A stretch of 64,000 nucleotides of DNA, taken from positions 64,001-128,000 of the forward strand of contig JAVRCV020000049.1 in NCBI GenBank assembly GCA_034530615.2, in the 5' to 3' direction. Below the pieces are notes generated by a model. That model was given only the letters and a program-made list of their open reading frames with translations, was not told where the DNA came from and did not search any database. Both the position numbers and the translations under genes were made by a program. Below are positions 30,184 to 42,400 of this stretch, in pieces. Source of the DNA: Aulosira sp. ZfuVER01 (GTDB lineage: Bacteria > Cyanobacteriota > Cyanobacteriia > Cyanobacteriales > Nostocaceae). The stretch's first letter is position 1; every line of letters begins with the position of its first letter.

Positions 30184-31731
30184 ATGTACCCAACATCTAA
30201 ACTAGACCCAGTTCGTTTAGAAATATTCAAAAACCTCTATCAATTTATCGCTGAACAAATGGGGATTATTCTCCAAAATACAGCCGCATCAGTAAATATC
30301 AAAGAACGCCTAGATTTTTCCTGTGCCATTTTTGATGCTTCGGGATTATTAGTTGCCAACGCCCCCCACATCCCCGTACATTTAGGCTCAATGAGTGAAA
30401 GTGTCCGCAGCTTAATTAACGATCAAGGCGACACTATCAAACCGGGAAATGTTTATTTATCAAATAATCCCTATAACGGCGGCACACATCTACCTGATGT
30501 GACAGCGATTACCCCTGTTTTTGATGAAGAAGAAACCCAAATTATTTTCTACGTTGCTTCTCGCGGACACCAAGCCGATATAGGCGGGATAACTCCTGGT
30601 TCCATGCCTCCCCACAGTACTACAGTAGAAGAAGAAGGAATTTTATTTGATAATTTTCTCTTAGTTGAACAAAGTAATTTTCAAGAAACAGCAGTAAGAA
30701 AGATACTTGGAAATCATCCTTATCCTGCTCGTAATCCTGACCAAAATATTGCTGATTTCAAAGCACAAATTGCTGCTAATGAAAGGGGAGTACAAGAACT
30801 CCAAAAAATGGTTGAGCAATACGGCATCCAAACAGTCCAAGCTTACATGAAATTTGTCCAATATAATGCTGAGGAATCAGTCAGAAGGGCAATTGAAGTT
30901 CTCAAGGATGGTGCATTTATTTATGAAATGGATAGCGGTGCAAAAATTCAAGTTAAAGTAACAATTAACCGAGAGAATCGCTGTGCAATTATTGATTTTA
31001 CTGGGACATCTGGGCAATTAAACAGTAACTTCAACGCTCCCAAAGCTGTCACGCAAGCAGCAGTTTTATATGTGTTTCGGACTTTAGTTGATGATAATAT
31101 TCCTCTGAATGCTGGGTGTCTGAAACCTTTAGAAATTATCATTCCTGAAGGCTGTATGCTTAACCCAACTCATCCAGCAGCAGTAGTGGCGGGTAATGTA
31201 GAGACATCCCAAGCGATTGTTGATGCTTTATATGGTGCCTTAGGTGCGATCGCAGCTTCTCAAGGAACCATGAATAATTTTACTTTCGGTAATCAGCGCT
31301 ATCAATATTATGAAACCATCTGCGGTGGTTCGGGAGCCGGGGCTAACTTTGATGGTAGTGATGCAGTCCACACCCACATGACTAACTCCCGCTTGACTGA
31401 CCCAGAAGTTTTAGAAACTCGCTATCCTGTGTTGGTAGAAAGCTTTAGTTTGCGTCCCGATAGCGGTGGTAAAGGAAAATATACTGGTGGTAATGGAGTG
31501 ATTCGCCGCATTAAATTTTTGGAACCGATGACAGCAAATATTCTTTCTGGACATCGCCGCGTTCCTCCCTTTGGATTAAATGGTGGGGAAGCAGGACAAG
31601 TTGGAAACAACTGGATACAGCGTCAAGATGGAAGCCAAGAGAATTTAGATACTACCGCAACTGTCCAGATGCAACCTGGAGATGTTTTTGTCATAGAAAC
31701 ACCTGGGGGTGGAGGTTTTGGTCAAATATGA
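30184..31731 (+). CDS. Hydantoinase B / 5-oxoprolinase family protein
   Basis: SVNIKERLDFSCA, PHIPVHLGSM, NNPYNGGTHLPD, ETPGGGGFG. Confidence 0.92.
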   Translation: MYPTSKLDPVRLEIFKNLYQFIAEQMGIILQNTAASVNIKERLDFSCAIFDASGLLVANAPHIPVHLGSMSESVRSLINDQGDTIKPGNVYLSNNPYNGGTHLPDVTAITPVFDEEETQIIFYVASRGHQADIGGITPGSMPPHSTTVEEEGILFDNFLLVEQSNFQETAVRKILGNHPYPARNPDQNIADFKAQIAANERGVQELQKMVEQYGIQTVQAYMKFVQYNAEESVRRAIEVLKDGAFIYEMDSGAKIQVKVTINRENRCAIIDFTGTSGQLNSNFNAPKAVTQAAVLYVFRTLVDDNIPLNAGCLKPLEIIIPEGCMLNPTHPAAVVAGNVETSQAIVDALYGALGAIAASQGTMNNFTFGNQRYQYYETICGGSGAGANFDGSDAVHTHMTNSRLTDPEVLETRYPVLVESFSLRPDSGGKGKYTGGNGVIRRIKFLEPMTANILSGHRRVPPFGLNGGEAGQVGNNWIQRQDGSQENLDTTATVQMQPGDVFVIETPGGGGFGQI

Positions 31732-31830
31732 GTGCAAATTTCAATCGAACCGCAGAGGCGCAGAAGACGCAGAGAGAAATGCGATCGCAAATATTATCAT
31801 TGTGGTGTAGCTACACCTCATGGCAGCAAT

Positions 31831-32556
31831 ATGCAACAACTATTTCCCGGTGAAGTATTTGCCAACACTGCTGATTTCGATACGGGGATTCGCCAGCTGT
31901 TACCCCGATACGATGAGATGCTGGAGGTAATTACCGATTGCCTGCCTTCCACAAGTCGTCGCATTTTAGAATTAGGTTGTGGCACAGGTGAGTTGAGTCT
32001 CAAAGTACTCCAGCGCTGCCCAGATGTGCAAGTAATTGCCCTAGATTACTCGCCGCGAATGTTGCAATTCGCCCAAACTAAAATTGCCGTAGCTGGGTAT
32101 GAAAATCGCTGGAGTTGTATCGAAGCGGATTTTGGCGACTGGGCAAATAATCCAGATAAATTTGCTATTGGTAGGGAATTTGATGCTTGTGTGTCATCTT
32201 TGGCAATTCACCATCTCCAAGATGAGATGAAATTCAAGTTATTTCAACAAATTGCTGCCAGCCTCAATCCTCATGGCTGTTTTTGGAATGCCGATCCCAC
32301 CCTACCGGAATCACCTGTATTAGTGGAAGTATACAAAGCAGCGCGAGAAGAATGGACAGCCGAACAGGGGATAACGCTGGCGGAAGTTCGCGCTAAGGTA
32401 GGCACAAGTTTTACACAAGGCTACTCAAGTCAAGACCAGCTAGCTACTTTAGATACACATTTACAAATGCTTACACAAGCTGGTTTTGCAACGGTTGCAG
32501 TACCTTGGAAATATTACGGGATGGCAGTTTTCGGGGGCTGGCTGTCTAAATTTTAG
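31831..32556 (+). CDS. Class I SAM-dependent methyltransferase
   Basis: ILELGCGTG; FDACVSSLAIHHL. Start taken at ATG 31831; the upstream ORF extension runs through repeat-like DNA. Confidence 0.88.
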   Translation: MQQLFPGEVFANTADFDTGIRQLLPRYDEMLEVITDCLPSTSRRILELGCGTGELSLKVLQRCPDVQVIALDYSPRMLQFAQTKIAVAGYENRWSCIEADFGDWANNPDKFAIGREFDACVSSLAIHHLQDEMKFKLFQQIAASLNPHGCFWNADPTLPESPVLVEVYKAAREEWTAEQGITLAEVRAKVGTSFTQGYSSQDQLATLDTHLQMLTQAGFATVAVPWKYYGMAVFGGWLSKF

Positions 32557-32926
32557 ATGATGAATTGGTAAAGGCAAAAACCCCAAATAAGTAGATTTTT
32601 TCTAATTTCTATTAATAAATAAGTAATAAATTACACATTTACCCTTGACAAGACCTATTATATAAAGCCGTTGGGTCTTTAAAGGAGATTTTTCTCTAGC
32701 AGACAAAGATTTTGGCTGTAATTTGCGGAATCTGAATTTGTCTTGTGTTTCTATGTCATGTCCCAACATAAAAATGCTTTCAGAGGGTAATGCTCCCTCT
32801 TAACAGGCCTGTAATCAAATATCGAGTAGAAACAACACGCTACTAACATTAGTTTTTCTATTCCTTGGAATAGTGGAGTTACAACCACTGTTTGCCATCA
32901 CTTAGTTTAAAAAGGAGAAATTTGGG

Positions 32927-34009
32927 ATGGCTCGAAATAAGAAGAAATCAACTGGTTTTAACTGTGAACATCCACAGTACTCTCGATGCCCTATCTGTTG
33001 CATCATCCCACCACATATACTGCAAAACGTCGCGGTAAATGGTAGCCCAGCACAGCGTAGTTGGGCTTTTCAGACATTAAATGTTTCGGCACAGTTGCGC
33101 GGCAGAAGGAATATAGTAGGAGCTGTCTCGTTTGCGCCATCGCCTGGTGTGAAGCGCCGCACTATCTACGATGCTAAGAATTCGGAAAATCTTCCCGGTA
33201 CACTGGTGCGTGGGGAAGGAGATCCACCAAGCACTGACGAAGCTGTGAATGAAGCCTATGATTCGGCTGGGGCTACTTATGATTTATTTCATGAGATATT
33301 CGATCGTAATTCGATTGATGACAAAGGGCTGCGTTTAGATTCAACAGTGCATTATGGCGTCAAATACGATAATGCTTTCTGGAATGGCGACCAGATGGTT
33401 TATGGTGATGGTGATGGCGAATTGTTTCAACGCTTCACCAAGTCTATTGATGTGATTGCCCATGAATTAACTCATGGTGTGACTCAGTATGAGGCAGGCC
33501 TTCAGTATTATGGTGAGCCAGGGGCACTAAATGAGTCATTTTCTGATGTATTTGGTGCTTTAGTAAAACAAAAAAGCAAAAATCAAACAGTAGACCAAGC
33601 AGACTGGATTATTGGCGAAGGTCTTTTGGCTCCGACTGTTAAAGGGGTTGGTATCCGTTCCCTGAAAGCACCAGGAACAGCATACGACGATCCAATAATG
33701 GGTCAAGATCCCCAACCAGCCTATATGAAGGATAAATATACTGGTACGGAAGATAACGCTGGTGTACATATAAACTCAGGTATCCCCAACTATGCTTTTT
33801 ATCTAGCCGCAACGGATCTTGGCGGCTATGCTTGGGAAAAAGCTGGCAAAATTTGGTACATAACTTTACGCGATCGCCTACGTGCTAATGCTAATTTTAA
33901 AGCAGCCGCCAGCGCAACAATAAAAGTAGCTGGCGAACTCTACGGTGACAATAGTCAAGAACAAAAAGCTGTACAAAACGCTTGGCAAAAAGTAGGTGTA
34001 CTCAAATAG
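32927..34009 (+). CDS. M4 family metallopeptidase (protealysin-like)
   Basis: Short propeptide with IPPHIL; NAFWNG; HELTH; GALNESFSD; VHINSGIPN. Confidence 0.93.
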   Translation: MARNKKKSTGFNCEHPQYSRCPICCIIPPHILQNVAVNGSPAQRSWAFQTLNVSAQLRGRRNIVGAVSFAPSPGVKRRTIYDAKNSENLPGTLVRGEGDPPSTDEAVNEAYDSAGATYDLFHEIFDRNSIDDKGLRLDSTVHYGVKYDNAFWNGDQMVYGDGDGELFQRFTKSIDVIAHELTHGVTQYEAGLQYYGEPGALNESFSDVFGALVKQKSKNQTVDQADWIIGEGLLAPTVKGVGIRSLKAPGTAYDDPIMGQDPQPAYMKDKYTGTEDNAGVHINSGIPNYAFYLAATDLGGYAWEKAGKIWYITLRDRLRANANFKAAASATIKVAGELYGDNSQEQKAVQNAWQKVGVLK

Positions 34010-34172
34010 TGAATGGTGAATGATGAATGATGAAAAAATAAAATTTTCATAATTTATCATTCGTTATTCACAATTTATACTGGGTTGTCCTTTGTTGATA
34101 CACTGGGAGATGATAGTTAAAATCTTCCAGTCTTTTTCTTTTTCCCCTAGATAGGACAACGGAGAGTAAAAA

Positions 34173-34475
34173 ATGCGCATCTCCTTTGAACGCACAGGCG
34201 GCTTTGCTGGAATTAGTAAGAAAACAACCGTTGACACAGCTACTTTGCCACCCAACGAAGCCAACGAACTACCCCGACTGGTGGAAGCTGCTGGTTTATT
34301 CAATTTACCTGAAAAAATTACTTCCCCTAATCCCCAGGTCGATCGCTTTCAATATAAGTTGACAGTGGAAGATCGGGGTAAACAACATACAGTGACGGTG
34401 AGTGAAGCAGCATTACCAGGAACCTTAAGACCTTTGATTGAATGGCTCAATCAAATAGCACGGCGTCCCACTTGA
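34173..34475 (+). CDS. Protealysin inhibitor emfourin
   Basis: MRISFERTGGFAG...DRFQYKLTV; directly follows the protealysin-like gene. Confidence 0.88.
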   Translation: MRISFERTGGFAGISKKTTVDTATLPPNEANELPRLVEAAGLFNLPEKITSPNPQVDRFQYKLTVEDRGKQHTVTVSEAALPGTLRPLIEWLNQIARRPT

Positions 34476-34626
34476 CACATTTATCAGTTATTCAAGTTTC
34501 AGTTAGGGACTTCCAATTAAAAAAAATCCTTTTTATAGACAAAGGTTTGTACACCTATAGTCTTCCATGATATTTATTTCTTGGAAATCTCTAAGTTTTC
34601 TTTCTTTTGACTTTAGCCTTCTCTTA

Positions 34627-35586
34627 CTAGGCTACAGGCGAAGGAATTATCCCTTCAGGTAATAAAGGTTCCCAGGCGGTTCCTTTGTAACCATAATCAA
34701 AAATTTCGGGATGCAACATTTCTGCCAAAATTTCCAAAGAATCTACTAATCTTGGCCCGGGACGGTTGAAGTAGGAATTACCATCAGTAATGTAGACTCT
34801 GCCACTTTGGACTGCATGAAGTTGTTGCCATTCCAAACGTTGAGTTAACAAATACACTTCTTGGCGAGTGCGATGTAAATCCCAACCGCAAGGCATAAAG
34901 ACAATCACATCTGGATTGCTGGCTATGACTGTTTCCCACGGCAAAGTAGAAGATGGCTTACCTGGAGAACTAAATAGAGTTTGTCCTCCTACCAAGTTAA
35001 CTAATTCAGGAATCCAGTTGGCGGCTACCATCAAAGGATCTGTCCATTCGATACAGGCAACAGTAGGCAGTTCTGTTAAAGAAAGTCCTTGGATTTTTTG
35101 CTGACAAATTGTGACGCGAGCTGCTAAATTTTCTAGTACCTTAACTGAGTCTACGGCAAAAATATTCCCAACTCGCTCAATATCGTTCCAAACATCTTGG
35201 AGCAAATTGGGTTGCAAGGAAATAATTTGAGGAGAGCTATTGGTAAGTTTGGCAACTGCTTGTTCTACTTCTTGCAGGCTAACTGCACAAACATCACATT
35301 GGTCTTGAGTGACAATATGAGTGGGCTGCAATTGCTCTAGGATATCAGTGTTGATTTCATAGATACTCAGAGCAGATTGCAATAAATTGTTGACCTCATT
35401 GTGAATTTCACTACTGGAGGCATTGCTATCTAAGCGTGCGGCGGTACAAATAGGACGATCTTGAATTTCCGGGGGGTAATCACATTCGTGCGATCGCCCA
35501 ACAATTGCGTCAGCTAAACCCAGTGCCGCTAAAATCTCCGTTCCACTAGGAATTAGAGAGACAATTCTTACACTGTTATCTTTCAT
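34627..35586 (-). CDS. BtuF-like cobalamin/ABC substrate-binding family protein
   Basis: RIVSLIPSGTEIL, GRSHECDYP, TQDQCDVC, YFNRPGPRL. Confidence 0.8.
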   Translation of the reverse strand: MKDNSVRIVSLIPSGTEILAALGLADAIVGRSHECDYPPEIQDRPICTAARLDSNASSSEIHNEVNNLLQSALSIYEINTDILEQLQPTHIVTQDQCDVCAVSLQEVEQAVAKLTNSSPQIISLQPNLLQDVWNDIERVGNIFAVDSVKVLENLAARVTICQQKIQGLSLTELPTVACIEWTDPLMVAANWIPELVNLVGGQTLFSSPGKPSSTLPWETVIASNPDVIVFMPCGWDLHRTRQEVYLLTQRLEWQQLHAVQSGRVYITDGNSYFNRPGPRLVDSLEILAEMLHPEIFDYGYKGTAWEPLLPEGIIPSPVA

Positions 35587-35992
35587 TGCTCCACCTCTGC
35601 AACAGCTGCTCTTAGTTTAATTGTCGCAAAAGTTATGAGGTAGCGTATCTCTATCTAAAGGAATACACAGATTTTTTTTCGTCAAGATTTAGCAATAATT
35701 TAGATTTTTTGCAGCTATTGGTAAAAATTTAAAGAGCAAGGGACAAGAAAATTTAATAGAATAATCTTTCATAACATCAATTTTTAATTATCGCCCGCCT
35801 GCCATGCGATTTTAATGTTCTACTGCTTGAGACTCATCAGTTTATTAGTCATCAATTTTGCTACTGAAGATTTATCAGTCTGCATATAATGCTAATTTAC
35901 GCTGATGGGCGAATATTCTGTTTATTGAAGGTGCATCTTCAGCAGCTTTTTCCATCGCCCTGATTTATGAAGCTGCTCCACTGGTAACAAGC

Positions 35993-38560
35993 ATGACTTG
36001 CGAACGAATCAACATTCTGCTGTTTTGTGAAATTCACACAGAAGTTGGCGCGAAAAAAGCGTCTGACAACGTCAGGAGCAATGCTAGCTTGGTGTCTTCC
36101 ATCCTCTCGGATCTAGGGAGGAAAGCCTCTGTATCACCACCTCAATTTCAGCTAATTCAGGCAAAGGAATTTTTGGAGGGTGTATATACTCTACAAACTC
36201 AATCAATTGATGTAGCGATCTTGAATTTATCTCTAAAGGATGCTAGAGATTTAAAAATCATCTCTGATGTGCGATCGCTAGCTCCCAATGTAGCGATTAT
36301 CGCCATCGGTGATGTAGATAATGAGGTTCGCAGCTTGCAAGCGCTGAGTTTAGGTGCACAAGACTATTTAATCACTAGTGAGATCACCCCTCAACTTTTA
36401 CGGCGGCGATTACTCTACGCGATCGAGCAGCAACGGCGTCAACTTAAAGAACAAGAAATCGCTGTTGCGATCCACAAAGAAAGTCAAACAGGGCAATTTT
36501 CATCTTTATCTAGCTCGTCTGAGTGCCAAACCCAATGGCGTTTTTTGTCAGATGCAACTTTTGAAGGCATAATTATACATGAAAGGGGAGTAATTGTAAA
36601 TGCTAATCATGTCCTGGCAAAAATGACAGGTTATGAAGTAGCAGAACTAATTGGCAAGGATAGCTTGGAACTCCTAACAGCAGAATCGCAAGAGTTGATG
36701 ATAAAAAATATACTTTCCGGTTCGGAAAAGGCTTGTGAAGTAATTGTAGTTAGGAAGGATGGCTCTACTTTTTTTGTAGAACTCCAAGGCAAAATTATTT
36801 CTTACGCAGGTCAAAAAATGCATGTGGTGGCGGCTAGAGATATTACAGAACGCAAGCAGTCCCAAGAGACCTTGCAAATCAGAGAACATGCTCGCAGAAA
36901 ACAAAGTCAAACGCTGGTGCAACTAGCAAGAAGTAAAACATTTCAACAAGGTAATCTCAATGCGGCCTTCCAAGAGATTACAGAAGCCGCTGCGCGTACT
37001 CTCTCAGTACAGCGAGTTGGGGTTTGGTTATACAACGAAGACCACTCAACGTTGGAATGTATCGATTTGTATGATGTGAGGACAAAAGAACATAGCTGCG
37101 GCTTGTCGCTGTTGAAAGCGAATTACCCTGATTATTTCCAAGCCTTGCAAGAAGAACGTAGCATTGCTGCCCATGATGCCATTAACGACACAAGAACTCA
37201 AGAATTATCCCAGTCTTACCTCTCGGTATTAGGGATTACCTCATTGTTGAATGCACCAATTTGGCTTGGAGGTCGATTGGTGGGCGTAGTATCCCACGAA
37301 CACTTTGGTGAAGTGCGCCAATGGACATTAGAAGAAGAGAATTTTGCCGGATCGATTGCAGATTTTGTCACCCTAGCCATAGAAGCAAGCGAACGTAACG
37401 CCGCAGAAGAAGCACTACGCCAGAGTGAAGCGCAATTTCGAGCAATTTTTGAGTGTTCTTCTATCGGTATCGGACTGATAGATATGAAAGCACAAATAGT
37501 CGATGCTAATCCCGCCCTATGCCAAATGCTGGGTTACAGCCGAGAAGAGCTAGGTAACCAACGTTTTACAGATTATGTTTCCCCACAAAAAGGAGATTTC
37601 GATCTGTTGAGACAACTGCTTTCAGGTATTCGCTCAGATCCCGAACAACTTGTTGAAAGACACCGTATCGAGATGGAAAGGCTGTTCTTACATAAAGGAG
37701 GAGGATTAGTTTGGACTCACTTGTCAGTTTCCGTAATTCCCGATAGTAATGGGAACCCTGAGTTTTTCTTAACTATTCTTGAGGACATTACCGAACGCAA
37801 GCAAACAGAATTAAAATTACGTGCTTCTCAAGCTGCGGCGGAAGCTGGTAGTCGCGCCAAAAGCGAATTTTTAGCGACTATGAGTCACGAATTGCGGACA
37901 CCCTTAAATGCGATTATGGGTTTATCGCAATTGCTGCAACAAGAAATGGTTGGGCCGCTCAATGAAAAGCAAAAGGAATATATCAGTTGTGTATATAGTA
38001 GTGGCGAACATCTATTAGCACTGATCAACGATATTCTTGACCTGTCGAAAGTAGAAGCAGGAAAAGAGGAACTTTTGCTGTTACCTTTGCTAGTTACAGA
38101 TGTATGTAATTCTGTAATCTCTACAGTTTCCGATCAAGCTCTAGATAAAGGATTACAACTCACCAGCGAAATCGATCCACAAGCTGAGATTTGTGTTGCT
38201 GATGAACGGCGAATTAAGCAAATGCTACTCAATCTGCTAACTAATGCGATTAAATTTACTCCAGCAGGTCAAGTATCTTTAGAAGTTCAAAAAGTCAGCA
38301 ACGGCATTACATTTACAGTTGCAGATACTGGTATTGGCATTGATTCTAATCAATTTCAATTTCTATTTGAACCTTTTAAACAGCTTGATAGCCGATTAAA
38401 TCGCCAATATGAAGGTACTGGTTTAGGTTTAGCTTTGACACGCAAATTAGCGCGTTTGCATGGTGGCGATGTGACAGTAGAATCAACTTTAGGAGAAGGC
38501 AGCAGGTTTACTCTGTTTCTCCCCGAACAGCCTGATTCGGTAGAGGTGGAGAGTAGATAA
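35993..38560 (+). CDS. Sensor histidine kinase with receiver-like, PAS, GAF and PAS domains
   Basis: [35 protein letters not shown] ends DITERK (twice). Confidence 0.92.
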   Translation: MTCERINILLFCEIHTEVGAKKASDNVRSNASLVSSILSDLGRKASVSPPQFQLIQAKEFLEGVYTLQTQSIDVAILNLSLKDARDLKIISDVRSLAPNVAIIAIGDVDNEVRSLQALSLGAQDYLITSEITPQLLRRRLLYAIEQQRRQLKEQEIAVAIHKESQTGQFSSLSSSSECQTQWRFLSDATFEGIIIHERGVIVNANHVLAKMTGYEVAELIGKDSLELLTAESQELMIKNILSGSEKACEVIVVRKDGSTFFVELQGKIISYAGQKMHVVAARDITERKQSQETLQIREHARRKQSQTLVQLARSKTFQQGNLNAAFQEITEAAARTLSVQRVGVWLYNEDHSTLECIDLYDVRTKEHSCGLSLLKANYPDYFQALQEERSIAAHDAINDTRTQELSQSYLSVLGITSLLNAPIWLGGRLVGVVSHEHFGEVRQWTLEEENFAGSIADFVTLAIEASERNAAEEALRQSEAQFRAIFECSSIGIGLIDMKAQIVDANPALCQMLGYSREELGNQRFTDYVSPQKGDFDLLRQLLSGIRSDPEQLVERHRIEMERLFLHKGGGLVWTHLSVSVIPDSNGNPEFFLTILEDITERKQTELKLRASQAAAEAGSRAKSEFLATMSHELRTPLNAIMGLSQLLQQEMVGPLNEKQKEYISCVYSSGEHLLALINDILDLSKVEAGKEELLLLPLLVTDVCNSVISTVSDQALDKGLQLTSEIDPQAEICVADERRIKQMLLNLLTNAIKFTPAGQVSLEVQKVSNGITFTVADTGIGIDSNQFQFLFEPFKQLDSRLNRQYEGTGLGLALTRKLARLHGGDVTVESTLGEGSRFTLFLPEQPDSVEVESR

Positions 38561-38949
38561 TTCTGCTTGCTACTGGGTGAAATCTATTTATCAAAAGTCA
38601 ACTTTGAAATTTTACTATTTTGTTCGATCAAGTTTTTAATAAAAAATTGTTAGCAAAATCTCAAACATTACTCAATAATTTAAAATCCCAAAATCTAATG
38701 AGGATAAGTATTTTGTTGCATAATAGACTTCTAGCAAAAATGTGAATTAGCAAAAAATCAACCACAAATGAACACAGCGAAAAATTCTGAGCGGAGGCTT
38801 CCTCATCTCTGAATTTTTCAAGACAGATGAAGACTGATATTTATCGGTGTATATCTGTGGTTTGATATCCAAAATATTGACTAGCATGAATTTAGATATA
38901 GCGGTTACTAGTGAGTAAGTTATTAATTCTGTATTAGCAGTGGCAAATA

Positions 38950-39390
38950 TTAATGTAATTTTTTCTTCATTTTTACGTGAGCAATATCAGCCTCTATAAA
39001 TATTTCTCCTTCTTGGACAAAACCCATTTTTTCATACAAAGCTTTGATATATTCTTGGGCGTGAATTACAACTTCTGGAATATTTTGACTAGCTAGAATT
39101 TCTAGTGCTTTTTCCATGAGTTGCTGACCAATTCTGTTGCCCCTAGCTTTAGATAAAACAGCGAGTCTTTCTACCTTTGCAGTTTGATTATCCAAATATC
39201 TAATTCTGGCAGTACCAACAGCTTCTTGATTGAAATAAGCAATTAAATGTTGAGAGATTTCATCTTTACCGTCAAACTCTAAAGCAGAGTCTACTCCTTG
39301 TTCATGCTGAAAAACGGCGATTCTAATTGCTTTAATCGCTGCAAATTCTTCAGGAAGCTCAACGATTTTAATGATTAAATTCTGGCTCAC
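38950..39390 (-). CDS. GNAT family N-acetyltransferase (ElaA-like)
   Basis: IRIAVFQHEQ, VERLAVLSKARG, HAQ, LYEKMGF. Confidence 0.88.
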   Translation of the reverse strand: MSQNLIIKIVELPEEFAAIKAIRIAVFQHEQGVDSALEFDGKDEISQHLIAYFNQEAVGTARIRYLDNQTAKVERLAVLSKARGNRIGQQLMEKALEILASQNIPEVVIHAQEYIKALYEKMGFVQEGEIFIEADIAHVKMKKKLH

Positions 39391-39426
39391 AATTTCTCTG
39401 CGTTATCTACAGTTAAATTAAAAATA

Positions 39427-39448
39427 AGGTGGGCAATGCCCACCCTAC
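39427..39448. repeat. Small palindromic dispersed repeat / terminator-like hairpin after putA
   Basis: AGGTGGGCA-A-TGCCCACCCTAC. Confidence 0.6.
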
Positions 39449-39457
39449 TTATATAAT

Positions 39458-42400
39458 TTAATCCGCACCTTCAATTGGTGCAAAACCTTGGCGCTGAATA
39501 TTTTCTGCGATCGCACGCGGTTCTAGGAATTGTAGCAGGTAGTCGGGGCCTCCTGCTTTAGAACCAACGCCAGAAAGTTTGAATCCACCAAAGGGTTGAC
39601 GGGCAACGATCGCACCTGTAATTGTACGGTTAATGTATAAATTACCGACTTCAAAGTCTTGTTGTGCTTGCTGGATGTGGGATGGTGTTCTTGAGTAAAG
39701 TCCTCCAGTTAAAGCATAGTTAGTACCGTTAGCGACTGCTAATGCTTCCTGAAAGTCCTTCACCTGAATTACCGCCAGTACGGGGCCAAAAATTTCTTGT
39801 TGGGCAATTATTGCATCTGGTGGTACTTCGCTAAAGATGACTGGCCCAATAAAATATCCTTGTTCTGGTGCTGGTAACTCTAGCGCTAATTTTGCTTCTG
39901 CCTTACCTTTTTCAATATACTCACGAATGCGATCGCGGGCATTAGCATCAATTACCGGGCCGACTTGGGTACTAGGTAACTCTGTTTCACCAATGTTCAA
40001 GGATTTTGTTGCTTCTACCAAGCGCTGTACAAAGGTATCGTAAATCGATTGCAGCACAATTACCCTGGAACAAGCAGAACATTTTTGTCCGCTATAGCCA
40101 AATGCTGACTGCACTACTCCCACAACAGCCTGGTCTAAATCAGCACTCTCATCCACAATAATGGCATTCTTGCCGCCCATTTCGGCAATTACCCGTTTCA
40201 TGTGTTTTTGACCGGGTTTGAGGGTTGAGGCTTCTGCGTAAATTCTACAGCCGACTTCTTGGGAACCAGTAAAAGCAATTACATGAGTATCGGGATGATT
40301 CACTAAGTAAGCACCGACTTGAGAACCCTTCCCTGGTACATATTGGAAGACACCTTGAGGAATTCCCGCCTCTACCAAAATTTCTGTGAGTTTCGCCGTA
40401 ATTACAGAAGATGTTTCCGCAGGCTTGAGGAGAGTACAATTGCCAGCAACCAACGCTGCTACAGTCATACCACAAGCGATCGCCAAAGGAAAATTCCAAG
40501 GAGAAATGACGACAGCAATACCTCGTGGCTGGTAAAGATAACGGTTTGTCTCTCCCGAAACGTCATAATTTACACCTTTATCTAGCCGTTCCATTTCATC
40601 GGCGTAGTAGCGACAGAAGTCTATCGCCTCCGAAACCTCTGCATCTGCTTCCTTAACTGGTTTCCCCACCTCCAACACTATCCAAGCCGACAGTTCAGCA
40701 CGGCGCTGTTCCATTAAATCCCCAGCTTTCCGCAAAATATCAGCACGTTGTTTCGCTGGGGTTTTCCGCCAACCAGGAAAAGCCACCTTCGCCGCTTTCA
40801 TCGCTTGTTCAGCTTGTTCAACACTGATGAGTCCAACCTTACCAATTACCTGACTGAAATTAGAAGGATTGAGAGAATCAATCGCTTCTTGGGTATTCAC
40901 ATACTCACCATTAATTAGTGGTAAATAAGTTCTCCCCAATTGCTGATGAACAGATTGGAAAGCTTGATGAGATTTCCTTCTTTCTTCCTCCTCTGCATAA
41001 TCAGTATCAGCCGCACCAATAAAGGAAGAGGACGCGGAGACAGGAGGACGCAAAGACGCGGGGATATCCTTCTCCGCGTCCCCGCGTCTCTCAGTCTCCG
41101 TGTCTTTCATCACTGGCGGTGCTAAAAGTTCTTCAATCGGCCTATTCTCCAAATTCTGCCGTAAAAACGAACTATTAGCCGTATTTTCCAACAAGCGCCG
41201 AATCAAATATGCCATCCCCGGCAATAATTCGCCGTAGGGACAGTAAACTCGCACTCGATAACCCTGATCAACCAAAGCCTTCGCCAGTTTATCTCCCATA
41301 CCGTAGAGAACTTGCATTTCAAAACTACGGCGGGGAACCTTTAAACTCTCTGCAATCGCTATCGCTCTAGCTTGCGATCGCACATTATGGCTACCAATGG
41401 CAGCATATACATATTGATGATTCTCTAGCAATAACTGAGTTATGGTTTCAAAGTTAGCATCGCTAGCGGCTTTGTCATTATAAACAGGCTGCGGCCAATG
41501 TTTTTGCGCTGCTTTGATAGTTTCCTGATCCCAATATGCGCCTTTGACTAAGCGGATGGTTAAAGGATAACCACGCTGTTTCAACCAAGAAATTACATCT
41601 TTAGCATCTTGCTCGCTGTCTCGCAGATATGCCTGGATTGTGATGCCAATATCTGTACGTTGCCTAAACTCTTCTTCAAGCAATAATTTTTTGAGAATAT
41701 TCAGAGTTATATCTTTATAGGCATACTGTTCCATATCAAAATGCACAGCTGCGCCTAATTCTTGAGCATGACGTAACAGAGTGCGAATGCGATCGCTAAC
41801 TCTCTCCTCACTACCTTGCGCATCTAAAGGATCAAATTGCGAATAAAATGCCGTTAACTTCACAGAAACTTGCACTTTTGGTAGCTGTTCGCCATCTGCT
41901 TCATCAATAGCCGGAATAGGTTTCCAATTCTTCGATGCTGCTACCAATTGTGTGATTAATTCTGAATAGCGTTCTAAGTAAGATTTAGCTTCTGTTTCTG
42001 TAATTACCGCCTCACCAAGTAAGTCAATGGTGAAAGCCATTTTTTCTTTACGTAAGCGTTCAACTGTTTTGATAACTTGTGTAATATTTTCCCCAGAAAT
42101 ATATTTATGAGCGAGAGTTTCAACTGCTGTTGCTACAGTTGTTGCTGCCACTTGTCCCGGCAGAGAATCAGGGTTAGCAAAATTGAGCATTCCCTTCAAA
42201 GCCGCAGGTAATTCTACAGATTCATCTCCTAAATATTCTTGTAAATGGGCAGCAATTTCTGGTTTGCTGCGTAAAGCGGGTAATGTATCAATAAAGCGGA
42301 ATAATTGCACCCGTAATCCAGGGTTGCTCATCGCCCAAGCGAGTAATTTATCATCCCAACGCATCTGATCGCGCAGAGAAGCAAAAAACGAGCGATTTTC

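Noticed and set aside
31732..31830. N-terminal extension of the methyltransferase (Arg-rich PQRRRRRREK)
   Set aside because: It derives from a short CGCAGAG-type repeat in the intergenic gap; ATG 31831 is the more plausible start.
32560..32600. c-di-GMP-I riboswitch upstream of the protease gene
   Set aside because: AAAGGCAAA is present but the following GAAA-loop stem and ACGCAAAG are not.
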